From: a candidate division CSSED10-310 bacterium
Lineage (GTDB): Bacteria; CSSED10-310
Length of the DNA: 64,000 nucleotides
Reading direction: 5' to 3'
Assembly (NCBI GenBank): GCA_016931515.1
Contig: JAFGEQ010000011.1
Span: forward strand, 488-64,487
This document shows positions 50,418 to 60,263 of the stretch, piece after piece; the stretch's first letter is position 1, and the number at the start of each line of letters is the position of its first letter. The notes beneath the pieces were generated by a model, which was not told where the DNA came from, made no database searches, and was given only the letters and a program-made list of their open reading frames with translations. Made by a program: the position numbers and the translations under genes.

Positions 50418-51167
50418 GTGAAAAAAATCTTAGCGGCGAACTGGAAAATGAATTTGACGAACCCGGAGGCGCAGCATCTGGCCCAGGACGTGCTTTCAGG
50501 TGTACAAACATTTCTGCCGAGTGTTCAGGTTGTCATATGTCCGCCCTACACGGCCCTGACGACCGTTCGATCGGTGATAGCAGCGAGCGGGATCCGGCTG
50601 GGCGCTCAGAATATGCATCATGAACCGGCCGGCGCTTTCACGGGGGAATGCTCGGGGCCGATGCTGCTCAGTGCAGGCTGTGACGATGTGATTATAGGGC
50701 ATTCCGAACGACGGCATATTTTCAACGAGACCGATTCCATGATTGCGTTAAAGGTCAAGGCGGCAATCCGCGAGGGGTTACGTCCGATATTGTGCGTTGG
50801 TGAAACCGGGCAGGAACGTGATCAGGGACTTACTTTCAATATCGTGGAGCGCCATGTGCGATCCGGCTTATCGGGACTTTCTCCGGAGGATGATATCGTA
50901 ATTGCCTATGAACCGGTCTGGGCGATCGGAACGGGGCGGACAGCAACACCGGAGCAGGCGCGCGATGTGCACGCGATGATTCGGAATCTGCTGAAAACTA
51001 TTTATCCTGAGCGATATCAGATGGTGCCGATTCTGTATGGAGGTTCCGTGAAGCCGGATAACATCGGGGAACTGCTTGCGCAGCCAGATATTGATGGAGC
51101 CCTCGTCGGGGGTGCCAGCCTGAAAGCGGAGTCATTCAACCGGTTGATTGAAATCGCCGCAAAATAA
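50418..51167 (+). CDS. tpiA: Triosephosphate isomerase
   Basis: GTG start. AANWKMN, GHSERR, AYEPVWAIGTG, GGS. Confidence 0.9.
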   Translation: MKKILAANWKMNLTNPEAQHLAQDVLSGVQTFLPSVQVVICPPYTALTTVRSVIAASGIRLGAQNMHHEPAGAFTGECSGPMLLSAGCDDVIIGHSERRHIFNETDSMIALKVKAAIREGLRPILCVGETGQERDQGLTFNIVERHVRSGLSGLSPEDDIVIAYEPVWAIGTGRTATPEQARDVHAMIRNLLKTIYPERYQMVPILYGGSVKPDNIGELLAQPDIDGALVGGASLKAESFNRLIEIAAK

Positions 51168-51936
51168 CAGCGAGGCGAACCGCTATTTGGTAACTGTTCA
51201 CCAGGCCGATCGTTACAGTAGATGTTATCGGTGACTTCAAATCTCGAGTCAAGGAGTAAATATTTCTTAAGCTCTATCCGGTTTACGGTTATGAAGAAGA
51301 TATGAAGGTCGTTCATGTTTTCAGGGCAAGAGAATTGACGGAGAGAGACATTCAGGAAATCCGGGATATCACGAGGGATAAACCAGAATTCAGTCGCGCA
51401 AGAATTACAAAAACGCTTTGCTTGAAATGAAACTGGATTGAAGACAATGGTCAATACAAAGAGGGTGTTTGCAGGTGTTTGGGAGCATAATTCGAACCGC
51501 GCAGGACTGGTGACGCTAACCGTGCGAAAGCATCCGTCCATTATACGACGGAATCCAAAGTCATCGCCTGTTTAATTACATCGTACTCCTTTTGAAGGAT
51601 CGTTGAAGCAGCTGGGAAGGGTCGATTTCCAGGGATCTGCTATCAGGCAGCGAACTGGAGAAATCTAGGCAAGACCAAGGGCAGTTGGAAAAATGACCCG
51701 ACCGGAAAAGCCAACCGATCCATCAGGGATGTCTATGTGTATCCATAGTGCAAAGAGTTCGGGGAAAGGCTCTGGCATGGATAGAGTCAAATCGGAAACG
51801 CACTATGATTCCAGTCAAGACGTGACAATTAAAGTATATAATCGTGTATCATCTCTGTGCAATTTGAGCGGAACCAGCCCAAATAAGCAGGTGCAGAAAC
51901 GAACAAGAAAGACGGTGAAAAAAATGAACAACCTGT

Positions 51937-54486
51937 TTACGTTCGTTTGATCGGATGGAATCGAGCCGACGAATAATGTTGCGGAAAGAACATCTCTTCC
52001 GTCGGTATGCTCGATGCGGATGGCCGAAGAAAACCCTCATTAACCGGCGATTCGGTATCCATTTGATAGAAGATGGAAATGTTCCAAAGAGACATGTTTT
52101 CTTCGGATTCTCGACGGTACCTAAACTCAAGGACTTGTTCCCCGGATTGGAGATTCCCAAGTGGAATTACCGGTGATAGATTGAGGCTGAGTGAGGTCAC
52201 AGGGTGCCAGTTCAAAACCTCATTCCCGTTCAAGAGGATGATCACACCGTTTTTCAGTTCATCACAACTATATTGGACAAGAAGAATTGCTTTATATCGG
52301 TTCAAATTGGATTCCCGGGTTGTTCCTCCGAGTATGAAGTGATACTCCAGTGCGCTTTCTGAATCTCGTTTCATCGCTTGAATCCTGCCTCCCGGTCCGT
52401 TCAGTTTAATCTCAGGCTTTATAAGACAGGAGCATCCATAGGTCTGGACATAATCGTCGGATTCGATGGAAATGATTTTCCAGGTATCAGAAGCAGAATT
52501 ATGATGCAGTTCTTGCAGATTTATTCCATACCATGGTCCACATGCCTGGCGTTTATTTGCAGATAACTCCGGCAAAACACCCGATAAAAGCAATTTGTCA
52601 AACTCTGCCGATTTCCAAAGCAGATTTCCAGGCAATCCAAGCGCAGTCACTTCTTCAATAAATGTTTTAACCCGTTGTTCCGAAAGAAATTGATACACTC
52701 CGGCATATCCGTTCTGCTGGCGCTGAGCAAATGTTTGCATGTACAGCGTTTCATTGTAGTAACCAGTAGAGTTTTCAACGATATAATCTGGGCCGTCGGT
52801 ATCTGCCACTCTTTTGGGAAGATAGGCAAAGGGATGAGGATTTCTGGTTAACCAATCCAAAGTTTCCGTGGCTTCAAGAGCAACCGACCCGATAATAAGA
52901 AGGAGAAGAATGCCGGTACCCAAGAGTTTTTCCGGTTTTCCGCCAGATTTTTTGAGCATAAATGCGACTGCGAATGGGACAGAGGCAAGAATAGCTATCG
53001 GAGCGTGAATCAACACCAGCCGAGTAGTGTCCACTTGCAACACTGCAGTCAGGGGTCCCAAAATGCTGATCCCAACCCAGAGGAGTAACCAGCGTCGCCA
53101 GGCAATATATCCGGAAAAAGCCACCGTGAGAATACCGAGGATCATAAGAACAGGATTCCTTACCAGTTTCCGCTCAACAAACTGGTTCAAACCCCGTTCC
53201 GCTTGGATTTTGGCATTTATTCCTAACGCCTTGAGTCTCAGTCCTGGACTGAAGGGAGTGGTCAGTTCCCTTTTTAACAAATCTTCCATGAAGTGCTTAT
53301 GTGTGGAAAAATAAAAAATTTGCTCTCCGGAATCGCCGCGAATGCGTTGTTGAAACGTTTCCCACGCAAACAAATTTGGAACCATCGCCCAGGAAGCGGT
53401 TCCTAACATAAGGATGGACATCATGGCCAGTTTCAGACGCTCGCTTTTTTTAGCAGTCAGAAGTTCCCAGCCAACCCAACCGAGAACGAGTAAGCTTAAC
53501 AGTCTGCACGGCGCGTATAGATAGAATCCCACTCCCCAAAGAATCCCCAAAACAAACCATCTAGACCAGACTTTACCGCGTAAACACCATGTCACAGCTC
53601 CCATTAACAGCACATTGTAAGCCATACTTGGCGTGGCATTAGAGAGTCGCCTGGATTCAAACAGTGTCCATGAATTGAAGCAATAAAAAAACAAGGCCAT
53701 GGTTGCAAGGGATGTGCTCGCGAGGGTTTCAAGTGCCCAGAACATTACCGGTAATGAAATAATGAACAGAGCTACATACAATCTTCGCAGAGGATCCAAA
53801 CCGACACCTGCAAGACGAGACCATGCCACAGTGGGAATTATTTGAACGGGAGATTTGTCACTATCGGTGAGTCTGGCTACCTGCCAGGTCCAGTCCCAAT
53901 TCACGCTACCAGGTTTCTCGAGTATTTCCATGACCCGGCTTGCGACAGGGTAATCGAAAGGCTGCAGATTATGCGGATGCAACCCGATATTTGTGGTCAG
54001 AACAGGAAAAAAGCACAGACAAACCAGTAAATAAGGTAGAAAGACATGCGATGATCCGGATCTTTCCGATGGATTACATCGTAAACCTGCAAAAATAATA
54101 GATACCAACCCGCTCAGAAGTGATATCGAGAGGACAAGTTTGAAGTAAAAATCGTTTTTGTCTCTAAACATGAGACTGCCGAGAACCGCAAAGGAAATTG
54201 CGGTTATTAGCGCCCAGAAAGCTCGATTTTTTCGTTCCTTTCTGAAAATACACAACAACAAGCTGATACTTCCTGCAGAAATACCCATGATCAACATCGC
54301 TGTCAGCCACCAGGTTTTCGGATGATTCGGTATCGTCTGGGAAGCGACTTTTAAGATTCTTGCCGTCCAAGTGGTCTCCAACAATAAACCACCAGTAGAA
54401 AATAGAAAATTCAGAGAAAAAACGACAACAATCCAGATCAAAAACAGGATAGAACACAAGGCACTTTTACCCATCAGTTTCTTCAT
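51937..54486 (-). CDS. Large polytopic membrane protein (about 14 TM plus C-terminal soluble domain), possible GT-C-type glycosyltransferase or related
   Basis: 849 aa, many hydrophobic helices, about 250-aa C-terminal hydrophilic domain. No catalytic motif I can name with confidence. Confidence 0.45.
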   Translation of the reverse strand: MKKLMGKSALCSILFLIWIVVVFSLNFLFSTGGLLLETTWTARILKVASQTIPNHPKTWWLTAMLIMGISAGSISLLLCIFRKERKNRAFWALITAISFAVLGSLMFRDKNDFYFKLVLSISLLSGLVSIIFAGLRCNPSERSGSSHVFLPYLLVCLCFFPVLTTNIGLHPHNLQPFDYPVASRVMEILEKPGSVNWDWTWQVARLTDSDKSPVQIIPTVAWSRLAGVGLDPLRRLYVALFIISLPVMFWALETLASTSLATMALFFYCFNSWTLFESRRLSNATPSMAYNVLLMGAVTWCLRGKVWSRWFVLGILWGVGFYLYAPCRLLSLLVLGWVGWELLTAKKSERLKLAMMSILMLGTASWAMVPNLFAWETFQQRIRGDSGEQIFYFSTHKHFMEDLLKRELTTPFSPGLRLKALGINAKIQAERGLNQFVERKLVRNPVLMILGILTVAFSGYIAWRRWLLLWVGISILGPLTAVLQVDTTRLVLIHAPIAILASVPFAVAFMLKKSGGKPEKLLGTGILLLLIIGSVALEATETLDWLTRNPHPFAYLPKRVADTDGPDYIVENSTGYYNETLYMQTFAQRQQNGYAGVYQFLSEQRVKTFIEEVTALGLPGNLLWKSAEFDKLLLSGVLPELSANKRQACGPWYGINLQELHHNSASDTWKIISIESDDYVQTYGCSCLIKPEIKLNGPGGRIQAMKRDSESALEYHFILGGTTRESNLNRYKAILLVQYSCDELKNGVIILLNGNEVLNWHPVTSLSLNLSPVIPLGNLQSGEQVLEFRYRRESEENMSLWNISIFYQMDTESPVNEGFLRPSASSIPTEEMFFPQHYSSARFHPIKRT

Positions 54487-55110
54487 ACGCTGTAATCCTT
54501 AATGTTCCTATGTTCCCGCAAAGAACCTTTTCTACAGAGAGACAAATCATAGTGGCAAGTAAAATTCTTCAAACCGGTCATCTGACTGTCATTTCTTCAG
54601 AAAACTAGGACAAACGGTGTTGGGAGTCAAGTGTAAAACGAGCATTTGTTAAACAAAACGGTGCATATACTTCCTGATAAAAAAATCGTTCATGTTATTC
54701 ATAACCGAGGTTTATCTGGTCAATATCACACACGAGTCTGGATAACGACCAACACTGACGTCAGATCAGTTCAATCAAATGTTCATGAAGCCTGTATTCA
54801 AACTGTTTTTTTCTCATTTACCGTTTCGTTCACGGCCGTTCGGGAAGATGTATCGACTGAATCATTGTTTTTTATTCCGGGTCATTATTCTTAAACAGGT
54901 TCTTTGAGCTTTCCGTTTTGACTCCATACAGGCGTCGCAACCAAATGTACGATGCCGAAGCAAATATCGCAGTCGAAGCGGGTTGGGCGGTTTGCCTGTC
55001 GGGAGATGGGTTGGAGGACAAACAGGCATTAGCTCAATTGGAAAAAACACTTGCGTATGATTGAAATCTCTGCTAAAAGCTCCAGTTGCTGATTAGGAGG
55101 CTCGAAGATT

Positions 55111-55593
55111 GTGATTATATATCTTCTGTTGACATTACACGTGATTCTTTCGATTGCATTGATTCTGATTGTTTTGCTGCAAACCGGCAAAGGATCCGAT
55201 CTTGCCAGTGCGTTTGGCGGCGGCGGCGCCAATGCCGTGTTCGGCGGTGCGGGTCCGACATCCTTCCTGAACAAGGCGACGACCGCGGTTGCGGTTCTCT
55301 TTATGGTGACATCCATTTCGCTTGCCTATGTTGGATCCGGTTCCAGTTCACTCATGCCCGATGAGGAACCGGCAGCGGCAGCAGTCACGGATGATGGCAC
55401 AGCCACTCAGGAAGGTGACGATGCCGCCGTACCGGCTGATTCAGACGCCGCAACCAATGAGGGTGCTCAGGCCGGACCGGAAACCAATGCGCAGGCTGAA
55501 GTTACGGAGATGGGCGAGAGTGCGGCACCCGCTCAAGCAGCACCGGCAGCCGGTGAAGCATCAACAGGGGCCGGCGAACCTGTCACTGAGTAA
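55111..55593 (+). CDS. secG: Preprotein translocase subunit SecG with an extended acidic Ala/Pro-rich C-terminal tail
   Basis: GTG start after AGGAGG. LLQTGKGSDLASAFGGGGANAVFGG signature. 160 aa. Confidence 0.8.
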   Translation: MIIYLLLTLHVILSIALILIVLLQTGKGSDLASAFGGGGANAVFGGAGPTSFLNKATTAVAVLFMVTSISLAYVGSGSSSLMPDEEPAAAAVTDDGTATQEGDDAAVPADSDAATNEGAQAGPETNAQAEVTEMGESAAPAQAAPAAGEASTGAGEPVTE

Positions 55594-55638
55594 TGATGCG
55601 TTTGATGGGGAACTGAATAGTTCCTGAGACATAGATCT

Positions 55639-55722
<84 letters not shown>

Positions 55723-55730
55723 TATTGAAT

Positions 55731-55766
55731 GGGGTTACCTGAGCGGGTAGCCCCGATTTATTTATG
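55731..55766 (+). terminator. Rho-independent terminator after tRNA-Leu
   Basis: GGGGTTACC-tgagcg-GGTAGCCCC, followed by GATTTATTTAT. Confidence 0.5.
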
Positions 55767-55812
55767 ATATTATCTTTTCGATGAGCACACGGACTGATTC
55801 AGAGACTGGATC

Positions 55813-56871
55813 ATGGAAACACATCGCCAAATAAACAATAAAACAGACAATCGGATTGATGAGTCAACCCGTTTATTGCAACTTGCCGAAGCATGCCCGG
55901 ATAAAGATCAAGCGAAAAAATCGATCTTTCCTGTGTTCCTCTCCGGCTATGCCTGCTCGGGGCGATGCATCTATTGCAATGCCGCCCTGTCCAGCGGATA
56001 CGGGGCACCGCCTGATTTCCAGGCGCTGGACCGGGATTTGACCGACTGGCTGGAAAAACCGGACCGGCGGAGCGACATGGAAATCGCCTGGTACGGTAAT
56101 GACCTGCCCGATGTTCCCGAAACGGTCATTAAAGAACTCCTCGCCCTCTGCTCAAGAAGGGCATTCAACGAGACGATTCCTGGACTCCGTCTGTCGATTC
56201 GCCCGGATTCGGTTCTCAAGACTCCGGTCAAACTGCTTTGCGCCTTCTCGGTAGTGGAGCTTGGCGTGCCGTCGATGGATCCGGATATACTCAAATTGAT
56301 CCGTCGTGGACATGAACCGAACGCTGTGAATGACGCCTTGATACTGCTTCGCAGCCTCGGGATCCGAACCGGGTTCCAGACGATGGTCGGGTTACCGGGT
56401 GCCAATGCCGCATCGGATCACCGAACTGCCGAACTCCTGGCAGCGCTTAGCCCGGATTTCGTGCGAATTCATCCAACACTTGTTTTGCACGGTACGGTGC
56501 TGGCGGAGATGGCTGATGCCGGCGAATACCGGCCACTGGATCTGGAGGACGCCATCGAACGATGCGCAGATATCTGGGACATCTACGCTCGCAGGGAAAT
56601 TCCGGTCACGCGTTGTGGATTTCATTTGCCGGAGACGGAACGCGATCGTGCGCTGCACTCCGGGCCGTGGCATCCCGCATTCGGCCAGCTCGTGCGCTCC
56701 CGGCGGTGGCGCCGGCTGCTGGATAAGCAGTTGTCGGCTCAGCCCGATCAACTTGTGTTGACGGTGCCTCCCGATGATTTTTCCGATGCCGTCGGGCATA
56801 AAAAGGAGAATCTGCGATGGTTGCAGGAGAAGCATGGAGTGGGAGTGGCGGTATTGAAAGTTGAAAGTTGA
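55813..56871 (+). CDS. Radical SAM protein (ELP3/HemN-like, TIGR01212-like architecture)
   Basis: CSGRCIYC (CxxxCxxC), ELGVPSMDPDILKLIRRGH. GC-rich, 352 aa. Confidence 0.7.
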   Translation: METHRQINNKTDNRIDESTRLLQLAEACPDKDQAKKSIFPVFLSGYACSGRCIYCNAALSSGYGAPPDFQALDRDLTDWLEKPDRRSDMEIAWYGNDLPDVPETVIKELLALCSRRAFNETIPGLRLSIRPDSVLKTPVKLLCAFSVVELGVPSMDPDILKLIRRGHEPNAVNDALILLRSLGIRTGFQTMVGLPGANAASDHRTAELLAALSPDFVRIHPTLVLHGTVLAEMADAGEYRPLDLEDAIERCADIWDIYARREIPVTRCGFHLPETERDRALHSGPWHPAFGQLVRSRRWRRLLDKQLSAQPDQLVLTVPPDDFSDAVGHKKENLRWLQEKHGVGVAVLKVES

Positions 56872-56952
56872 ACGATAAAAGTTGAAAATTTTGGGGAGAG
56901 CTCCTCTTCCTTTCAATTTTCAATTTTCAATTTTCAATTTTCAATTCTCAAT
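56854..56952. repeat. Inverted arrays of heptanucleotide microsatellites forming a long imperfect hairpin between convergent genes
   Basis: (TTGAAAG)x3 plus a TTGAAAA at 56854-56888, facing TTTCAAT x5 plus TCTCAAT at 56911-56952, around a GGGGAGAGCTCCTCTTCC core. The left array overlaps the last codons of the radical SAM gene and the right array overlaps the last codons of the GT-C gene. Confidence 0.6.
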
Positions 56953-58528
56953 TCTCCGGGCTCCACGGCATCAATAACCCCTGATTTTCCCGTGGATTCG
57001 CCATGTATTCAGGGTCGGGAGTAAGTGCCGGGTCGCGTTTGAACAGGATGAACGGCGCGCCGGTACCAAGGTCGACCTTTATCCGCCGGTAACCCAGTTT
57101 TTCAGGTTCCATCAACATGAAAACAACATAAGTCGGTTCCTTGCGGATAACATGGATCAGATCGCTCTTGCCGTGGGCGGTGAGTTGTCCCGGCTCAAGC
57201 GGCAGGTGGGCGATATGCTCATCGACGATGCCCAGCAGATCGAAGCAGGGAATTTTGGCATAGTATCCCAAAGCACCGATGGCGCGTGTGGCCATCGTGT
57301 CGCCAGGTTGTGCGTGCGCCCGGAGCCACTCCCCAAGCAGTTTCGATGCCCGGCAGTATTTGAAAATATGATCCTTCACGTAAGCACGGTCCGGTTGGCT
57401 GTAATACCCACGCTGGATGAAAGGTATCATGACAGCGGTCAGCGCCAGCGGCGCCCATAAGCTCCACGACGGTCGCGACACGGATCTGAAAATGACCGCG
57501 ATGCCCTCCACGGCGAAAAACACCATTAGCGGCAGGACCGGCAGAATCAGCCTCCCGAATGGCTTCTCATCGCCTCCCGCATGCGCGATGTGCAGCACCC
57601 AGGCGGCGAGGACAGTGATCATCAACATTTTGCCTTTGAACCGAGCTCCGATCAGGCCGATGAGTGTCAGGAGCAGAAAGGGGAGATTTCCGTGTGTCAT
57701 GAGGAAGGATGACCAGTAGTGGAACCCCGTCCGTGTAAGTTCAACGGCCTGCGCAGTATCGGTGCCCATGCGCACGTAGTAGGTGTTTGGCAGCAGCCAG
57801 CCGTAATACAACCAGCGCCAAATGAAATAGGGTGCGTAGATGAATCCGAAGGGGACCAGCCAGTTGATTAGCGCTTGAGGTTTGAAGTGGCGTCGGATGA
57901 GGACGAAGACTGCGCCCACGGCCCAAAACAGCAGCCCGTCGGGGCGTGTCAGGGCGGCCAGCACCATGACCAGGCCGGATGCGGACGGTTCAGCGGTGTT
58001 TGCCCGGAACTCCCGGAGCGCCAGGTGGAGGCCGGCCAGCACCATGAACCCGAACATCGCCGTTTCCAGGCCGCCGATTGACCAGAACGCGAACGGAGCG
58101 AACGTGGCCAGCAGCAGGACGGACGCTGCAGGGCGGGGAAAGGGATTCGGTGGCAGCAGGGAGCGGGTCAGAAAATAGAACACGGCCAGGCTCCCGAGGG
58201 AGAACAGGATGCCGAGAATTTTCGATACCGGGACCGGATCCAGGCCGAGCGCCATCGGAATGGCCATCAGGACGGTCCACAGAAAGTTCGTGTAGCCTTC
58301 GACGCGTTCGCCCGGGTTGAATACGAGTCCGTGCCCGTTGATCAGGTTTTCGGCGTAGCGGAAGGTAATCCATGCGTCGTCGTGTGTGAAGCTCCACCAG
58401 CCGATGGCCTGGATAAAGAATATGGCGACGACGACGATCAGCAGCATGGTTGATAGGCAATGCGCTCGGTGTGATACGGAAAACGGTCCGGATTCATTTA
58501 CTTGTCGATCGATGGGAGCGTCATTCAT
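56948..58528 (-). CDS. GT-C fold membrane glycosyltransferase, ArnT/PMT (COG1807)-like, paralog 1
   Basis: HDDAWITFRYAENLINGHGLVFNPGERVEGYTNFLW in the first periplasmic loop (compare the DExRYAE...GDW...YFEKPPL motif of ArnT/PMT enzymes). More than 10 TM. 526 aa. Confidence 0.7.
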   Translation of the reverse strand: MNDAPIDRQVNESGPFSVSHRAHCLSTMLLIVVVAIFFIQAIGWWSFTHDDAWITFRYAENLINGHGLVFNPGERVEGYTNFLWTVLMAIPMALGLDPVPVSKILGILFSLGSLAVFYFLTRSLLPPNPFPRPAASVLLLATFAPFAFWSIGGLETAMFGFMVLAGLHLALREFRANTAEPSASGLVMVLAALTRPDGLLFWAVGAVFVLIRRHFKPQALINWLVPFGFIYAPYFIWRWLYYGWLLPNTYYVRMGTDTAQAVELTRTGFHYWSSFLMTHGNLPFLLLTLIGLIGARFKGKMLMITVLAAWVLHIAHAGGDEKPFGRLILPVLPLMVFFAVEGIAVIFRSVSRPSWSLWAPLALTAVMIPFIQRGYYSQPDRAYVKDHIFKYCRASKLLGEWLRAHAQPGDTMATRAIGALGYYAKIPCFDLLGIVDEHIAHLPLEPGQLTAHGKSDLIHVIRKEPTYVVFMLMEPEKLGYRRIKVDLGTGAPFILFKRDPALTPDPEYMANPRENQGLLMPWSPEN

Positions 58529-60143
58529 TACGGTTATCCTGTTGAATCAAGAAGCCCGGATCACGGCGCCAGATGCGGAGCGTCCAGTTGTCGCAGTTCA
58601 GTGCGATCCTGTGATATCCGGGATACGGCGGTGCCGGAATGCCTGGTTGCTTGACGGTCGCACCGGTGTCATGCGGCTGTATCCGTTCCCGAATCCGCTT
58701 CATCCAGCCGGGTTCCTGCGGTGGAGCGACAATCAGTTCCTGACCGGTAATATATACCGGTTTGCGGGACAAAATATAATCCCAGTCAGATTTTTCATGA
58801 CCGGCGGCGCCGGTGCCCATGCCGGAGCGTTGCTGCCGGGCGATGACCGGATCGATCAGGCCAAAGACATCCAGTGTGTAAAGGCCGCTGTAGTAGGGGA
58901 TGCGGCCGATAACGGATGTCGCCACCGAGTCGCCGGAGCGAGCGTTACGGGCGAGGCACAGGCCGGCTCGAGTGCCCGGATGATTCAGTTCCTTTTGCAT
59001 CGAGAAAATATCCGGCTCCTCCAGTTGCCGGATCAGCGGCCATGCATTGAGGCACAGCGCCACCAGCAGCGCAGCGACTGCGATCCTGCCGGGCAACGTC
59101 GGGTGTGCCGGTCCGATGTCTGGGCGATGGATGCCGACCGCAGCTGCAAAGATCAGGAACGGGATCAGCGGTGCCAGGAATCGGTCGGGACCCAGGGAGT
59201 CTCCGCCGACGGCCAGGATGTAGACCAGGAAAATCAATACGAACGCGGAGGCGGCCAGGGCGGACCGTTCGACCCGGCCCGCGTTGCAAGTGCGTATCAG
59301 CCGGGGCAGACTGACAAGCGTCAACGTGAGGAGGATGATTTCCGGCCAATCCCAGCCCTGGACAATATAAGCGGCACCCCGCCAGAGGACCAGGGATCCG
59401 CCGCCTGTTTTGGCGGCAAACGTGTTGGGCAGCAGATGGCCGAAGTATACGAATTTGAACAGCAGGTAGGGGAGAATCAGCGCGAGGGCGGTGGCGGCGA
59501 ACCGGAGTGTGCGGGGGTGGTTGCGGCGATCGGAAAATCCCGGCGAGCACAATGGGTAGAACATCAGAGCCAAAATGCCCTCCGGGCGGGTCAGAAACGC
59601 CAGTGATGCCGTCACGGCGCTGCGGTAAATGGCGCGCGGGTTGCGGCCGTCACCGGCGTTGTCCGAGGCGGATTGGAACGCCAGCCACATCAGCAATGTG
59701 AACAGCGACGTTTCCAGACCGCGCGTGGACCATGCGATCAGCGACGGGTCCAGCGTGACATACAGAAGCGGCATCCATGCCATTTTAGTTGGGGAGATGC
59801 GACGGACGGTGCGGAAGAATGCCATAAGCAACAGCAGACTGCATAGAACTCCGAGTATTTTGGACAGCAGCACCGGGTTGACGAACTGCATGCCGGTGGC
59901 GATCAGCATGACCCAGAGGAAATTGGTGTAGCCTTCGACGCGTTCGCTCGGATTGAACACGAGTCCGTGGCCGGTGGTGAGGTTTCGGGCGTATCGGAAC
60001 GAAATAAACGCATCGTCTATGGTCGGCATACTGCCGCAGATGGCGATTGCCAGGTGGAGGATCAGGATGGCGGTCAGGATGATGGTTTGAAGCGGTAGGC
60101 GGCACATAGCGGCATGGTAACAGAGGGGAGGGTGATGGATCAA
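58521..60143 (-). CDS. GT-C fold membrane glycosyltransferase, ArnT/PMT (COG1807)-like, paralog 2
   Basis: DDAFISFRYARNLTTGHGLVFNPSERVEGYTNFLW. 540 aa. Its stop overlaps the start of paralog 1 by 8 nt. TTG start per ORF track (ATG alternative 36 nt downstream). Confidence 0.7.
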   Translation of the reverse strand: MIHHPPLCYHAAMCRLPLQTIILTAILILHLAIAICGSMPTIDDAFISFRYARNLTTGHGLVFNPSERVEGYTNFLWVMLIATGMQFVNPVLLSKILGVLCSLLLLMAFFRTVRRISPTKMAWMPLLYVTLDPSLIAWSTRGLETSLFTLLMWLAFQSASDNAGDGRNPRAIYRSAVTASLAFLTRPEGILALMFYPLCSPGFSDRRNHPRTLRFAATALALILPYLLFKFVYFGHLLPNTFAAKTGGGSLVLWRGAAYIVQGWDWPEIILLTLTLVSLPRLIRTCNAGRVERSALAASAFVLIFLVYILAVGGDSLGPDRFLAPLIPFLIFAAAVGIHRPDIGPAHPTLPGRIAVAALLVALCLNAWPLIRQLEEPDIFSMQKELNHPGTRAGLCLARNARSGDSVATSVIGRIPYYSGLYTLDVFGLIDPVIARQQRSGMGTGAAGHEKSDWDYILSRKPVYITGQELIVAPPQEPGWMKRIRERIQPHDTGATVKQPGIPAPPYPGYHRIALNCDNWTLRIWRRDPGFLIQQDNRNE

Positions 60144-60263
60144 TCGACCGGGAAATGATCGAAAGGTCTTCCGGTGTCGCTGTCAAATCGAAAACCATCT
60201 GCATCGACATCGTCGCCATCTGGAATCTTTAATCCCTCTGATCTCATAAAAGTATTTTTTGCA

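Noticed and set aside
51017-51541. 174-aa minus-strand ORF overlapping the 3' end of tpiA
   Set aside because: Overlaps a confidently called gene. The translation is Cys/Phe-rich with no structure-like pattern.
56854-56952. Possible CRISPR array suggested by regular short repeats
   Set aside because: Units are 7 nt with no spacers. It is a microsatellite or inverted repeat, not a repeat-spacer array, and there are no cas genes.
58386-59606. 406-aa plus-strand ORF (and several other 60-200 aa ORFs at 57.1-60.2 kb) inside the GC-rich GT-C genes
   Set aside because: Arg/Gln/Gly-rich low-complexity translation on the antisense strand of genes whose minus-strand frames show TM helices and a conserved GT-C loop motif. 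Typical GC-rich antisense artefacts.
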